DNA of 64,000 nucleotides from Rhizodiscina lignyota (taxonomy: Eukaryota), in contig ML978128.1 in NCBI GenBank assembly GCA_010015805.1, forward strand, positions 1,116,001 to 1,180,000, given 5' to 3'. The translations under genes and the position numbers were made by a program. This document shows, piece after piece, positions 27,082-39,726 of the stretch. The notes beneath the pieces were generated by a model, which worked only from the letters and a program-made list of their open reading frames with translations, was not told where the DNA came from and searched no databases. The first letter of the stretch is position 1. Each line of letters begins with the position of its first letter.

Positions 27082-30000
27082 GGTGGGTGAATGCGGCGTT
27101 GTTGACTCGCTCTTGTCGGCGGAGATGGACGAAAAGGCCGAGCGTTGTGAGAACGCTGACTTCTAAGCGAAGACCCGAAGACCTGACCGCGCAAGGGCAC
27201 AACCACAGCCTTTCTCACGAAGCGAGCGCATACGGCAAGCGCTTTAAGTGCTCAAATGATATATCGATATATTCTACGAGGAATCAGAGGAGGTTTTGGA
27301 GTTGTGAGGTGGTTGTGAGGATGTTTGCGGGGGGTGGAGGATTTTAAGGTGTGGAGTAGGTGGAGAGCGAACGCAGGTTTGTAGGTTGTAGTCACAGCAC
27401 AAGCCCCGCCACCGCATCAAATAAAGGTGTATTAGAGTGAGTAGCAGGCCGTGTCTTAAGCAATGAGTACAGCAAGACGTGTGATTGCGCAGGTCCGTTC
27501 GCTCGTTCAAGTGAAGGTGGAAGAAGTGGTGAGCGGCGCTCGGCTTGGGGAGCGAATGGGGCGATAGCGCGGTCGAGGTGAATATCGCATCCAGTACTCC
27601 AAGAGCTCGTTGCTCGGCTCCGGAACACACGCCTCAGAGAGATAGATATAGGTAGGAAGAGTGGGATAGACAATTGCGGGACTCAATGGCTCTGGATGAG
27701 TACAATAGAGGCTGCACTGCGGCTGGACAGTCTGCCGTGGTTTTGCCGGTCCCTTACCAGATTGGGAACGAGGAGGAACTGGCCTGGCTCACAATTGGAG
27801 AGTACTCATACGACAGGACGATCTACGAGATCTCCTTGCTCGCAAAGAAGTGTAATCGTTGTAAAAAATTCTTTATAACCGAGATTTAATTGAAAGAAGA
27901 GCATATTGAACGACTGTGCCTACGGAGAATACAGGCGACGCGTGCGATTAGCCTGGATATGGCTACAGTGAGGCATCGAGCGTCTGCCTTTCGGAAAGAC
28001 CCATAAGTAATAATGAATGTGTGATTGGTAGGCCTTTCGGGAGCATAAGTTGGACCCAAACCGACTTTCGTGGGTGCGTGGCATGGCAAGCATCGGTGCC
28101 ATTCTCCTCGTTTGCACTGCACACGATATCAGCCACATACAGCGAATGATTGATTGGGCGTCATAGCAAGTAATGTAGAAAGGCAGCTTGGCTTGGATCC
28201 TCGAGATTACAAAGGTCGTGGATTGTCACGGGTATGTATCTGTCCAGCGGCGTTGTAGCTTATCGACGCGTCAGAGACGGGCTGCGGTGCTTCAAGGAGC
28301 GGTCTGCATTTGGCAGTCGGCAACTCTGGCCGTTCGCAGGACTTCGGAGAAAAGATTACGCCATCGGCTGGCATCAGTGCAATTCCATTTGCCATGTCTT
28401 GAGGGGAGGCTGGCAGTGCCCAAGTTCATTTGTTGAGCGCCAGAGGGCAGGGAGCCCTAGGAAAACTTTAACGAGAGTTAGCATCAGCCAGGGCCCCAGT
28501 CTCGCTTTTCGGGCCGAGGCCCTGGAAGCAGCTCTAACGTTGGGCTGGGAAGGGATTTCATGCTCCTAAAATGTGACCGCGCCAGCGCGAGAATCATGAG
28601 ATTTCCTGCAAATGAGCGTGCCGCGTGCATGCTTGAGCTTACATCAGATACTCGCAATTGAGGTGGAGAGGGAACAAAAGTGCCGGATTGCCACAGAGCT
28701 GTGTGCAAACGTGGCTAAACTTTCAGAGCATGGGCGTCTCATAGCCCTGTGGCCCTATTCTGCCCGTCCAAATTGCCAGGCTCCATGGTGACGATCTAGC
28801 TGCGCGGCTGCATAGACGCGTGCGCGCGAAACGATAGTTTGATCCCGTTAAGAAGGTCGGACGCAAAGGACGATCCTTCACGAAACCTCAGCACGCGACT
28901 TAGCGCTGCAACGGCGCCGCTTTCAAGGGCGCCACGAAGCGAAGCCGTTCGCACAACGCGCACTGCTGCAAGGACAGCAAAGTGACAGCGGTCAGAGCCC
29001 CTGTGTAGACGTAGAGCGATGCAGGAACGACGTGTCAATTCAGAATACGCTCGGCGGTGCTGGGCAAGCGGTGAGGGCGGCGTGTATATAAGACGATAGA
29101 GAGTCCGTCGTCCATCATCAACGCACCCCACGAGTCGAGCTCGAAGGACCGGCCCGTGGGGACAGGTCACAGACTCCCTCCCGCCCTGCCGTCCGAGAGA
29201 GGGCGGTGGCCAGTCCTGGCATCTCCCCGTGATGCTGATGAAGTGAAACGGCAGGTCGACGTCCATCCTCCGTGGCGGCTCCGGCAGCTCCCAGCGCGGA
29301 CGAAGGCAGGCCTCGCGACGCTCAGTCGCTCGATGTGGGAGTCTGGTGGTGGAGAAAGCAGTTCGGCACTGCCATTAAAAGAAGAACATGCATCGAGTTG
29401 GTGTAGGGGTTGCGAATCGCGTCAACGGATTGGCCCAAGCTCTGGCGTGCTGCACGGAGGACGCGCCCGCTCTCGACTCCCTGGATTGGCCTCTACCGGT
29501 TATTTAGTACCGGCGTCGTGGGTCGGGGCAGCTATTATTACGATGACATGGCAAGTAACCTCTCACACCGTCGACTCACTGCGATGGGGAGTGCCGCCGG
29601 CGAGGTACGACGGCATCCGACTGCCTCCCATGCCTCTTTCCTCTCCCACGATGTGCCCCGAAGCGTCCATCGTCCACCTGCCTGTGTGCCTCTCACGCTC
29701 AACTACTGCGCGTCAATGCGTATGCAGCTTTTTGGCTGCATATCATCCCCCCTTGGCCTGCATATGTCGAGGCAAATCCATGCTTCTGCTTTCAAGGGTC
29801 TGGTCGCCCACTCCAATTCTCTACCTGCCTCTGTCTTGTAACCTAGAGCCTGACAGCTGCTGCGTGCTGTTGCTGCCTCTTCGCTTTCCACACCCGCCCG
29901 AGCGCGTGGTGGACTGACGCTCTTTGTCCTTCGTTCGTTAATTGTCTTAAGTTCTGTCGTTAACGTTTGAACTGCTCTGCCCATTCGTTTGTTACTTGCC

Positions 30001-30151
30001 TTAACCTGTCTCACGCTGGGGCGTATCGCGCGCGCTGGATCTGGAGCCTTGTGACCGGTACACTTCTCGATCCGTCAATTTGCATTTCACCACCTCGACC
30101 CTCGCCTCCAACCTGTTGTTATGTCCTCTCACCAGTTCTTTCAGTCCCCGA

Positions 30152-31174
30152 ATGATGGAGCGCCCTCCAGAGCGACCTTGGAGGGACTATGAGAAAGTGC
30201 GCGCCTCCCCCGGCACTTCTTGCGCTGCATCTTGCTAATCGCTGTCGCCCGCGCAGGTCGAGCTCTTCGCAAACATAATCAGGGCGTCTAATGTCAGTCC
30301 TGATGATCTTTTCCGCTTTATCGCTCAACAGCAGATTGGCCCACTGTGGGACCACACGCTGCTGCCTTATGGTGAGTCGCGAACCCGGCGCAAGCTGCTC
30401 ACATAAAGATCGTCAGCGCGCGCGAGTGCGTCCCTAACGCAATTTCTAGGCCGGACCAGAGCGGAGTGCGAAGTCCAGTTCGAGCAATATAGGCGCCAGA
30501 TGCCCTATCAACCGAGAGCTTCATTGTCTGGGGGACCAACGACTCAATATCCAGTGCCCACTGTTGGTTATGGGGTGCCCGCGAGAGGGCGGTCGATGTA
30601 CGATCCTCAGGCAATCGGTGGTCGTGTGCTCCTCCCAAAAACTACGCCATCGACGCCTTCGGAACCAGGTCCGGCGTTTCCACAGTCACCAGTGACAGAA
30701 GCGCCGGCGACAAGAAAGCGCGGCCGCCCGCCAAAGGAAGAAGTGTCGCGCCGAAGAGCAGAAGCAGAATTACGCGGCGAACCATATCCACCACCAAGGT
30801 CGAAGCGCAGAAACAACCGGCCATCCGGCACACAAGAGGCGCCCTCCCCTTTGACAATGACTCCTCTAACTGCAGCTCCACCTCCTGCCCTAATCGCTAC
30901 TCCAACCGGCGCACATCCTACGGAGACAGGCTCAGAGAGCTCAGGAAGTAAGAGAAGGAGAACAAGGCCAGCAGATATCGCAGTCGAACCGGCAGTACCG
31001 CACTCAACTTATGAATCTCCTCCGCAGACGAGCTTCACCCAGCAACCGAGTGCGTCAACGACGTCTGGGAGAGAGGATACCGATGTTAGAATGGAAGGCG
31101 CTGAAGAGGGCGCAGCACCAACCCGATCACAGTCATATCACAACATTGTCGGCATCACCAGGAGTTCTGCTTAG
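30152..31174 (+). CDS. Putative DNA-binding protein: N-terminal Myb/SANT-like helix bundle plus AT-hook; 3 exons
   Basis: Exons 30152-30196, 30257-30371 and 30450-31174 join in frame: MMERPPERPWRDYEK-VELFANII...PLWDHTLLPY-GRTRAECEVQFEQY. AT-hook RKRGRPPK, then a Pro/Ser/Thr-rich tail. Confidence 0.8.
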
Positions 31175-34100
31175 CAGTGACGACCAGCCACATCACCCGA
31201 AACCGTTCCACGCATACACATCCATCGGGGCGGTTATCTGAATTTCGAGCGACAACCAGCACACAATCAGCACGCATACACCACATCCGTAAACGTACCA
31301 TATGACGCTTTCAACGCAGTCATGTCTCATGCGAACATCAACGACACTATATATGCTTTATACGATACATGCGGAGGTCTAAATGTCTTCCTTGCATAGC
31401 GCTTGCCTTTGCGACTGCACGTACGAGAATTGCATTCGCGTCTTTCACCGTCAACGTCGATATACCGCACTCGATAATCCAGGACTATGAACTAAAACAG
31501 TTCTGCTAATGTCTACACACTTGTAATATAGCATTCCTTCCGTTTTTGGCCATGCGAGCATCGTCATTCCCGCTTCCAGAGCTACGGTTTTACGCCTGTA
31601 CCATAACGACCTTCTGCAATTGGTAAATGCTTTGCTTTATTTTGGATTGCTTTTTTACTTCTTCTGATGGCGTTCATTTTGTGGCACTGTAAAACGTACT
31701 TATTCTTATTGATACGTTAGTCGTTTCCTATGTTCATGCAGCAATGTATCTTAAAATGGCATCGAGATGCCCACGCGACACGACCCACCAGAAGGAGCTG
31801 GCACAAGATATGTATGAGCTAATTGCAAAATTTAAACGTTCTGCATTGGTCCCGTATTCTGTCTTTCTTTTGTCTTTCGTCACGGGGTGTTCACGCACTG
31901 ATCTACAGGCGTACACGAGCATAGCATAACCTTCCGCAAGGCGGATCACCATTGCATCAAGCGTGTGTGCCACGCTACTTTCAAAGCGGCAGCTTTCCAT
32001 AGAGAAGACGCGGCTCGGCTTGACGCACGTCTCCCTCCTTCTGCTGATGTCCTAGTGCCACAGGAATGGTTACAGCTGAACCGCGGCCATCGAGTTGGGC
32101 AGGTATCACGGCAACCACTGGGAGCACCAGCTGTAGCCTCAGGTGCAACAAAACACCACACGAAGAATACACGAGTTTATCCAATGATGGAAAATCACCT
32201 CGCTTATTCCACTGCAAGGAGCAAATTGCAAGGGGCAAGGACAAGCTACTGCAGTTTTTTGTCAGTAGGAACGTGTCCGAGAGGACGCCTCTGGGCCTGA
32301 GGCATGCGATCGAACTACATGGCTTGACGCAAGCTGCAGGTACTGGGAACGTGTAGAGTAACCCAGCACCGTCAGCCCTCGCCACGGCGGCCGCCGGGTC
32401 GTCATTTATCGATCATTAACTGCTCGTCGGACTTGTGGATCTGGAAAGGGACTCAGGAGAAGCCGAGCCGGCGATTGGCGAAGGCCAGCTCACGGCTGGC
32501 TGTGCAGTCACCGGTGCAGCAGTGTGCAGTGATTTCCAAGGACGAAATTTTGGATGCAGCCTTGCGGCGCGTCGCTGACGACTACTGCATCTGCATGGTA
32601 CCGTGCAAGCTGCAGGAGCGGCTAAGGCAATCGTAGCAATTCGCGCAAGAGAACTTGTTTCGAAGGCGGAACCTGCAGAGATCATTTCGTGCCTTCTGGA
32701 TCCAGTGGGGAGTTACGGCAATAGTCTACTGCAAGGCACACTGACTCCTCGCGGCAGCGGTCGAGGAAGCCGCAGCGGTTCCATGTCAGACAATAGCTGC
32801 AAGGGAAAAATACGAAATTGAACGGCGAATGGGTGGAATTGAAAGGCGACAGTGCTCTGCAGCAGCGCCGTCAGGTCTAACGGGGCCTACTGCAAGGTAC
32901 GACAGGGCCAGCTAGTAAGGCAGAAATTTCCCTCGGGCCCGGTACTCAATGAGAAGGAGAGTAGGTGCGGCTGCGCGGATTTTGGCGAGAAAAATAGCAT
33001 CATGCACGCTGCGGAGCTGCTGCAGGTACGCACGTCTGAGCATTTATTATGATGAAAGATTAAAGGCAATGTGAGGCCCGTGACTGGGACCACGTCAGAA
33101 GCCCCTTTTCTCCCTTCAAACCTAGCTGCTTTTTCTCGAGCCTCCCCGGGCGTCTAGCCGAAACACGGGAGCAGCCCACGCGGCTGCAGCTGTAGTGTCC
33201 GGCGCTTAATTCCATCCGTCCAGCGCTTATGACGATGCGCGCGACGCCCGCACGACGCCAAACGTCGAGTTTGCGGAACGTTCGCTGCGTGGCTGGCGAG
33301 AGTTTCTTCGACTTCCTCCTTTGGCCGCGGTCACATATAGATCTCTCCAACCCCCACAGTCCTCAATTGATGCCAAGTTTGACATGTCATATCCGCATTC
33401 TCTCGCTAGTGAAGTAGAATATGCACGGAGGCTGTTGAGCGGCTCCGCACCGCGATGGCTGGGGCGAGAAGAGGATGCGTGACATCCAGCTCTCCACGAA
33501 GACGGTTTGATTTCAGATTCTGTTTCATCATCTGCAGAGTAAGGTCATTCGGTTCTAGACTTGGCTTGCTTTTTTGCGGATAATTGGCTCAGTTTTATCC
33601 TAAAATGTCCATCTTTCTGACAGTGACTTGCGCTAACGGCAAATCCGACGATTTCATTGTTAACGCGACAGTCTACTACTGAGGGACTTAATACAGTAAA
33701 GCAATGGCCCTTGGCATGTACGGTAAGTACATATCATCTCTGTATCGCCGCTGCAAGTTCTCCACCGTGATTGTCCGGCGTACATGGCTGAGCAGACAGG
33801 TGGGTTAACTCGCAAGAAGATATTGACACTGATCCAGGTGAGAACGGGCACGAGCACATCGAGGACGACATCAAATGGGACACACCAACTCGAACGATGC
33901 GAACCATATTTCTTCCAAGGTAAACCTCAGAACGACCCATTGGAGCCCCCACACTTCCACATTACCAGACCCCAATGCTCCGACCAAAGCGGAAACCAGT
34001 CCCTCGAATGATACAACTTAGCCGTCTCCACCAAGCATACAGGCAATATCCCAACTTGCACTCTCACTACATTCCGCGATCAATCTACGAGCAAAATCCA

Positions 34101-34965
34101 GATGAAGACGCAACCGACAATTGCGAGGAAGAAGTGGAATCAAGGCCAAGGGATTTCCAGTCATTAGGAAAGCCGTAAGCTAAAGCAGCCAGCAGCGATT
34201 GATGGACATGGAAAATATCCAAAAGTGATTGCCCAGATTTGTTGTACACATGCTGACTGCAGCCTTTAATCATCCAGCGCAGCATAGGCGTACCTACCAA
34301 CGGCCCTGTCCGTCGACATCGCAAAGCGTTGCAAGACTAAGAAATTGATATTTGACGTCCCCTAAGACCTGACCAATACTTAGTGCTGTTGCGCGGAAAC
34401 ATCCCCCAGATATATGATAGCTGATCCTTAAGGATAGCGACCTCTAGCTCCAAGCTTCAAGGCGTTTTTGGAATAATAACGCTCAGCAGTGGTCTGCAAC
34501 GCAGTTCCAGTAGGTCAAATAACGATGGGAATGCTCGCCTATATGGGGCATCGAAACACTTGTAGACTCCGGAGCACATCGAACTGAACAGTTGCAACTC
34601 GTGTCCCACAGCTCAAAGCTAATGAGCTGGAGGACTTCGCCGTTTCAAAGCAAAGGAAACGCCCATATTCTCTCACAATGATGGATTTTATCACGCATCC
34701 CACTGTGAATAGTATATTCCAAGGATCCAAAGCACCGTAATGGTGTTGCTTTTCAAATTCTACTATCGAGAATTGCTAGAGTACAGACAAATCATTCTGG
34801 TATCGAACCAGCAATTCGTTAATGCCGGTTTGCCGTTGATGTCTCCCTTAGGTAATGCCAACCAAACGCCGTGCAATGCATGTCTTTAGTCGAAAGACAT
34901 CCCAATTTTCATCTTGTAAAAGTATGTTCAAGAAGTTTTTTCCAGCCGATTATCGATCGCACTTT

Positions 34966-35607
34966 CTACAGAAGCGCAACAGCAGCTCCCAGAGCGCCAA
35001 CCGCAGCACCCATCGCCATCACACCGGTCGGCTTCGCCATAGCCGCACCAGCGCCGCCACTGCTGCTGCTGCTTGATGCCGTATTTGTCGGAACCTTGAT
35101 TTGTGTCGACGTCCCCAGCACGCTCTGGTCGATGCTTGCAATCGCCAGCGCAGCGCTTGTCTGTATGCTCTTGATGCTGTCGATCAAGTCTGTGCCCAGG
35201 CCCGAGTAGAAGCTGTACGATGGGAACGTCAAGGGCGGGTCGGTCGCAAGAGACTGAAGGTCTATCGATGTGCCGGTGATCGGGAGGAGCTGCGATGGGT
35301 TTGCCTCGATTTGAGAAAGGACGTCGTCGCTTCCTCCGTTCAGCGCGAGGGCGATGCCGAGCTCGGTGAATTCAGGCGAGTGCTTGAGCGATTGGTAGTA
35401 TGAAGCTACTGCTGCTTTGAATACTGAGGTCTGTGCTTAAGTCAGCTCTGCTCAGCCTCGCAGTCGATTCGATGATGTTAGACGTACCTGCGACGGAGAT
35501 ACAGATGTGGATGAGTCCGCGCTTCCCGAGTCGCTAGAAGTTTGTTGAGGGATGGCCACCGACCCGACGGCCAGAAGTGCCAATGTGAGGAAGCTTTTGA
35601 TGCTCAT
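34966..35607 (-). CDS. Small secreted Ser/Thr-rich, probably GPI-anchored protein; 2 exons
   Basis: Exons 35607-35488 and 35430-34966 (GTACGT...CTGAC...CAG). Signal peptide MSIKSFLTLALLAVGSVA and C-terminal SSSSGGAGAA...GAAVGALGAAVALL. Confidence 0.85.
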
Positions 35608-36319
35608 GATGTGAACGAGTTGAAGACAGGAACGATGCGGATTGAACGAATGGCGGACTAATTTGCTTTAGACTCGAAGGAAGTGTCGAAGAACGAGGGA
35701 CAGAAGATTCAAATACAAGAAAGGAAGAAGAATTCGCGGCCGTTAGAGGCTGAAGCGTTGCTTTGTAGTTAGGATGGGGATTGTGAGACAATGAGACTCC
35801 ACAGTAATGGGGTGCATCGCCACAAGATTACGACGCCGTGGGCCACCCCCAAAATAGTGTCGGAGGCGAGGCTCGAAATGCGTACCATGTACCAACTGAC
35901 ACTGAGATCAATAATTTCTCAATAGTAGCATACTGCAGCATTCTACATAAAGCAGAGAAAAGATATGCAGCCCTGTGGACATTGAATGGGAACTGTCACG
36001 CGTGTACCCCTGGTACGTACCCGCCTTTCTGGGCATTACTGCGTACCATGACTCTCGAACATCAACCGCAGTCACCATCCAGTACATGTTTCACAAAGCC
36101 TCAGTTTTCCAAGAGAATGTCAAACATACTATTGACTTTGCGCCTAAACGTCGCTACTCCGTTGATTTTGGAGACTGTATCCGCCCCATCTCCAGTGTCC
36201 AGCCACATCTGACCTGATTGAGCGAACCACAAGGCTCAGTTCGACGCACGAATAGGCATTTGACGAGCAGCTCCAATCGGATAATTCTTCTCTCCTTGCA
36301 TTCGACTAGTTCTCCAAGT

Positions 36320-37066
36320 ATGGGCACGTCTCTGCCCTCTCCACGCCTGTTTCTCTCCAAACTCATCGCGTCGATTCCTTCTCGTCAAGCCGACTCATCA
36401 TCTCTCTCCTCATCTAATCCGTTGAAAGATTTGGAAGCTGAAGACCGCCAGCTGCTGCTGACGCTGCACGTTATCTTTCCGAATGAGCTCCTGCCGGCCT
36501 TGGATTTACTTGACGGCCGTCTTGTGACGCGCTTCAGAGTCGAGCGCGGCGCAGCGACCGCAGCGCGTTCTGACAGTAGCGAAGGTCGGTCCTTGGAAGA
36601 AGGTCTGAAGCATAGTCTTGTGCAGTCGGCGACTGTGTATTACGTCCAGTCTGCACAGCAGCGCTCGTCGTCGTACTCTCGATCAAGCAACCGCACGTAC
36701 GATCCCACGCCGACGAGTTATGAAGTGCGGCTTGACGCTTGGAACTGTTCCTGTCCGGCTTTCGCTTTCGCCGCCTTCCCATCTACGCTTGATGAGGACT
36801 CGGATACCGAGCACTTGAACCGCTCGTCCGGCGGTGCTCGCGTCGCTGCTGCCATTTCAGGTACGACATGTGAACCTTGTTCAGCCACTGGAGGAGACAC
36901 ATGGCTGTTCGGAGGGCTCTCGAGAGGTGATACGACTCCGCCGGTCTGCAAGCACTTACTCGCTTGCGTCCTCGTCGACAGGTGTAAGATGTTCTCCTCC
37001 TTTTTGGACTCGAAGACGGTCAGTGTCGAAGAGGCAGCTGGATGGGCAGCGGGATGGGGTGGTTGA
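36320..37066 (+). CDS. SWIM zinc-finger protein, Sws1/Shu2-like (homologous recombination)
   Basis: First ATG at 36320. LLTLHVIFPNELLPALDLLD and YEVRLDAWNCSCPAF...VCKHLLAC (CxC...CxH SWIM motif). Confidence 0.8.
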   Translation: MGTSLPSPRLFLSKLIASIPSRQADSSSLSSSNPLKDLEAEDRQLLLTLHVIFPNELLPALDLLDGRLVTRFRVERGAATAARSDSSEGRSLEEGLKHSLVQSATVYYVQSAQQRSSSYSRSSNRTYDPTPTSYEVRLDAWNCSCPAFAFAAFPSTLDEDSDTEHLNRSSGGARVAAAISGTTCEPCSATGGDTWLFGGLSRGDTTPPVCKHLLACVLVDRCKMFSSFLDSKTVSVEEAAGWAAGWGG

Positions 37067-38039
37067 GGAACAAGCTGAACTGACCAATGGGACATGCCCA
37101 TTTATGGACGTCGAAGAAATGAAGCTCGTCGGGGTCTGCGATTAGCAATTTCCGACATCTAGAACGATCAAAGCCGCCAGTCTCCACGGTCACACCACTT
37201 CTTTCCAGCGAAGGCTCCACCCTTGTCTTCATCTCCGTCCCGATATGAAGGTACAAAGAGACGTTCATATGGTTCGCCTCGTGGACACGCTGAAAGAGAT
37301 GATCGTTGCCGCATTGGGTGCGTGAAAGGAAGCATCAGGTGTCTCGGGTACTCATCCGATGGGCTACCTCTTCAAAGGATATACCCGCAATACTCGTGGG
37401 CAAGGAGGCAACTGCTGCCGAGCGACAAGGGTGCGAAATTGAAGCTGTCAGATGCAAGGGCGCTATGAATGCATCGTGCATCGAGAATGTAGCGTGGGAA
37501 ATGAGACCATTTGACGTCATGTATTTCACGAAGAATGGCGTTGCAATTGCGGACCAGAGATGCAAATTGTTGCAGAAAGTGCTCTAAGTGACCCACGATA
37601 CGTTTTACATTATATTACAGCATAGTATACATGATAATAACTATCGTACAAAAGTGCGCCCTGCGTGTCTGAGATGCCTCCACCTCCCCTCATTAGCTAT
37701 CTCGTACAATCAATGAAAGATTCATGTTCTCGTCCGTATGTACGTATTGTATGTATGAAGCAATACAGCGAAAGTATGTACCTCGGATTCGCAAAGATCA
37801 ATAGCATCGAGCGGTCCATTCTGTTCCATATGTTCAGTGAACGTCCTCCTCTTATTTCCAAAGGCAGCGCGCGGCATGCCATGCATCAATTTGACGTGGT
37901 GAGAAGCCTCTGCCTCAGAGGGCACACAGGTCCTCACCCAATAACTTGGTAAGGTCGGGAGGGCTCCTTCGAACCGCGGAGACACTTACTCCAGCTACAT
38001 CCCGCCCTACTTTACAAGTTCGTTGCTTGGCCTGGCATG

Positions 38040-39038
38040 TTAATGGCCAGACCTATACATCGGCCAGAGAGTCTGCATGCGCTGGGCCTGGTCGTCCGTA
38101 AAGCCCTGGTAGCAACTATCGAACGAGTAATCCATGATGTTGTGGATTGAGTCGACGCCCGGCTGATCTGGGCAGCTGTCCTTCGGCGGGCTGGTTGGGC
38201 AGCCGTCGGTCGATGTGCTCTGAGCAGGCGTGTCGGCGATCAAGTCTCCATCACCAGTGCAGCTGTTGCCTTCGAAGACATGCATGAGGCCGAGCCAGTG
38301 GCCGGTCTCGTGCACGGCGGTCTGGCCTTCGTTGTACATGTCGATGTTGCCGCCGGGCATGGTGTTGGCGTTGACGTTGCATCCATCGTTGGCATACGCC
38401 GACGGCGGCACGGTTCCGGTGATCTGACTTGGCAGCGTGCACTGGCCGAGGATGTCGCCGGAAAGGTCGGTCTGGAAGTAGATGTTCAAAGACGCGTACG
38501 TGCCCTGTCTGAGAGCGTTCTTCATGGCCAGGTCATCCGCCGTAGCGGCGCCTACGGCCCACACGTCGTTGGCCGTAAAGCTGGTGTTCAGCAGGTTGAA
38601 GTTGATATTGTACGCGCTGTACGCCTTGTTCAATGCCTGGATCTGATTGGTGGCCATGTCCTGCGTGACGCTGGAGACGCTAGTCGGGTCGGTCTTGGTG
38701 ACGATATGGAAGTACGTATCCACAGAAATGGGTGAAGACTGCCTCTTGTAGTGATACCGGTCCTTGCCTCCAGGGGCACCTTTGGCCTTGCTCTGATGCA
38801 GCTGTTTCGACGTTTGAAGAAAATGATCCGAAGCATGTGTGATGTTGGTGCCACAGTCGAAATGCTTGTAGACCTTCTTTGGACCTTGACCTGCCGTACT
38901 ATGCGAGGTGCTGGTGGCTTGGCTTCCAGTCTGCGCAGATGTACTGGCCTTTGACGATTGGCCGAGGGAAGACGAGCTTGCGGCGTTCGCGACGCTGGCT
39001 GCAATGCCGAGCGATGCAAGGATAAGCGATATGTACAT
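38040..39038 (-). CDS. Secreted metzincin metalloprotease, peptidase family M43 (pappalysin/MEP1-like)
   Basis: Signal peptide, CGT cysteine-switch-like propeptide, KR processing site, zinc motif HETGHWLGLMH, DTP and Met-turn NIMDYS. Confidence 0.92.
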   Translation of the reverse strand: MYISLILASLGIAASVANAASSSSLGQSSKASTSAQTGSQATSTSHSTAGQGPKKVYKHFDCGTNITHASDHFLQTSKQLHQSKAKGAPGGKDRYHYKRQSSPISVDTYFHIVTKTDPTSVSSVTQDMATNQIQALNKAYSAYNINFNLLNTSFTANDVWAVGAATADDLAMKNALRQGTYASLNIYFQTDLSGDILGQCTLPSQITGTVPPSAYANDGCNVNANTMPGGNIDMYNEGQTAVHETGHWLGLMHVFEGNSCTGDGDLIADTPAQSTSTDGCPTSPPKDSCPDQPGVDSIHNIMDYSFDSCYQGFTDDQAQRMQTLWPMYRSGH

Positions 39039-39726
39039 GGTTGGGTCTTGTATTTACGTGATGCCCAGAAAGAATGTACAATACGAAATCGTCACCGGAG
39101 TTCGGTGAAGGTAGATTTTGAGAGGGTAAAATATTGACAGTAATTTTTGATAATTGATTTCTCGTTGAGAGTAGAGAATGACTGACTTGACGAGATGGAA
39201 AAGGGGAGATCGTGAGACATCTTATACCGATGACGATGCTCGGTCTGGAATTCATCCATCATCACACTTTTCCTTTCCCAAGCTATCCACGAGCACGCTT
39301 TTCCTTTCCCAATTTTTTTTTCTTTTGGCAAGTGGAACCACGACAGAACCAAATCGTGGGGTCCTTTGTAACACCTTGATATTTCTGACGCAAATAGCAA
39401 AACTTCACTTGAACAAAGATTCAGGATCTTCAGTCTTGGCTCGTAGCGCCACCCCTAGCCTGTACACGAGCTTTCTAGACCAAGGTCCACCGCATCAATT
39501 GGATAGTAAGAAAATACAATTGACATCAATTGAGAAAATTTGCTTTGCACGAGAGAGCAGGGCGGCGAAATAAATGACGATTTACATATCTCATTGCACC
39601 GCAACAAAGAAGACTTAAAAGGGGGGCCTCCCAACTCCCACTGCGCCGGTAACCCATCCAAACCCATTTAGGTGAGGCTCTCATAACAATTGCCGAAGAA
39701 CGGCATGAACGCGCGCTGATCTGATC

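Noticed and set aside
29156..29917. 253-aa GTG-initiated ORF and other ORFs in 27.1-30.1 kb
   Set aside because: No recognisable motifs or coding-like composition. Probably promoter or 5' UTR of the Myb/AT-hook gene.
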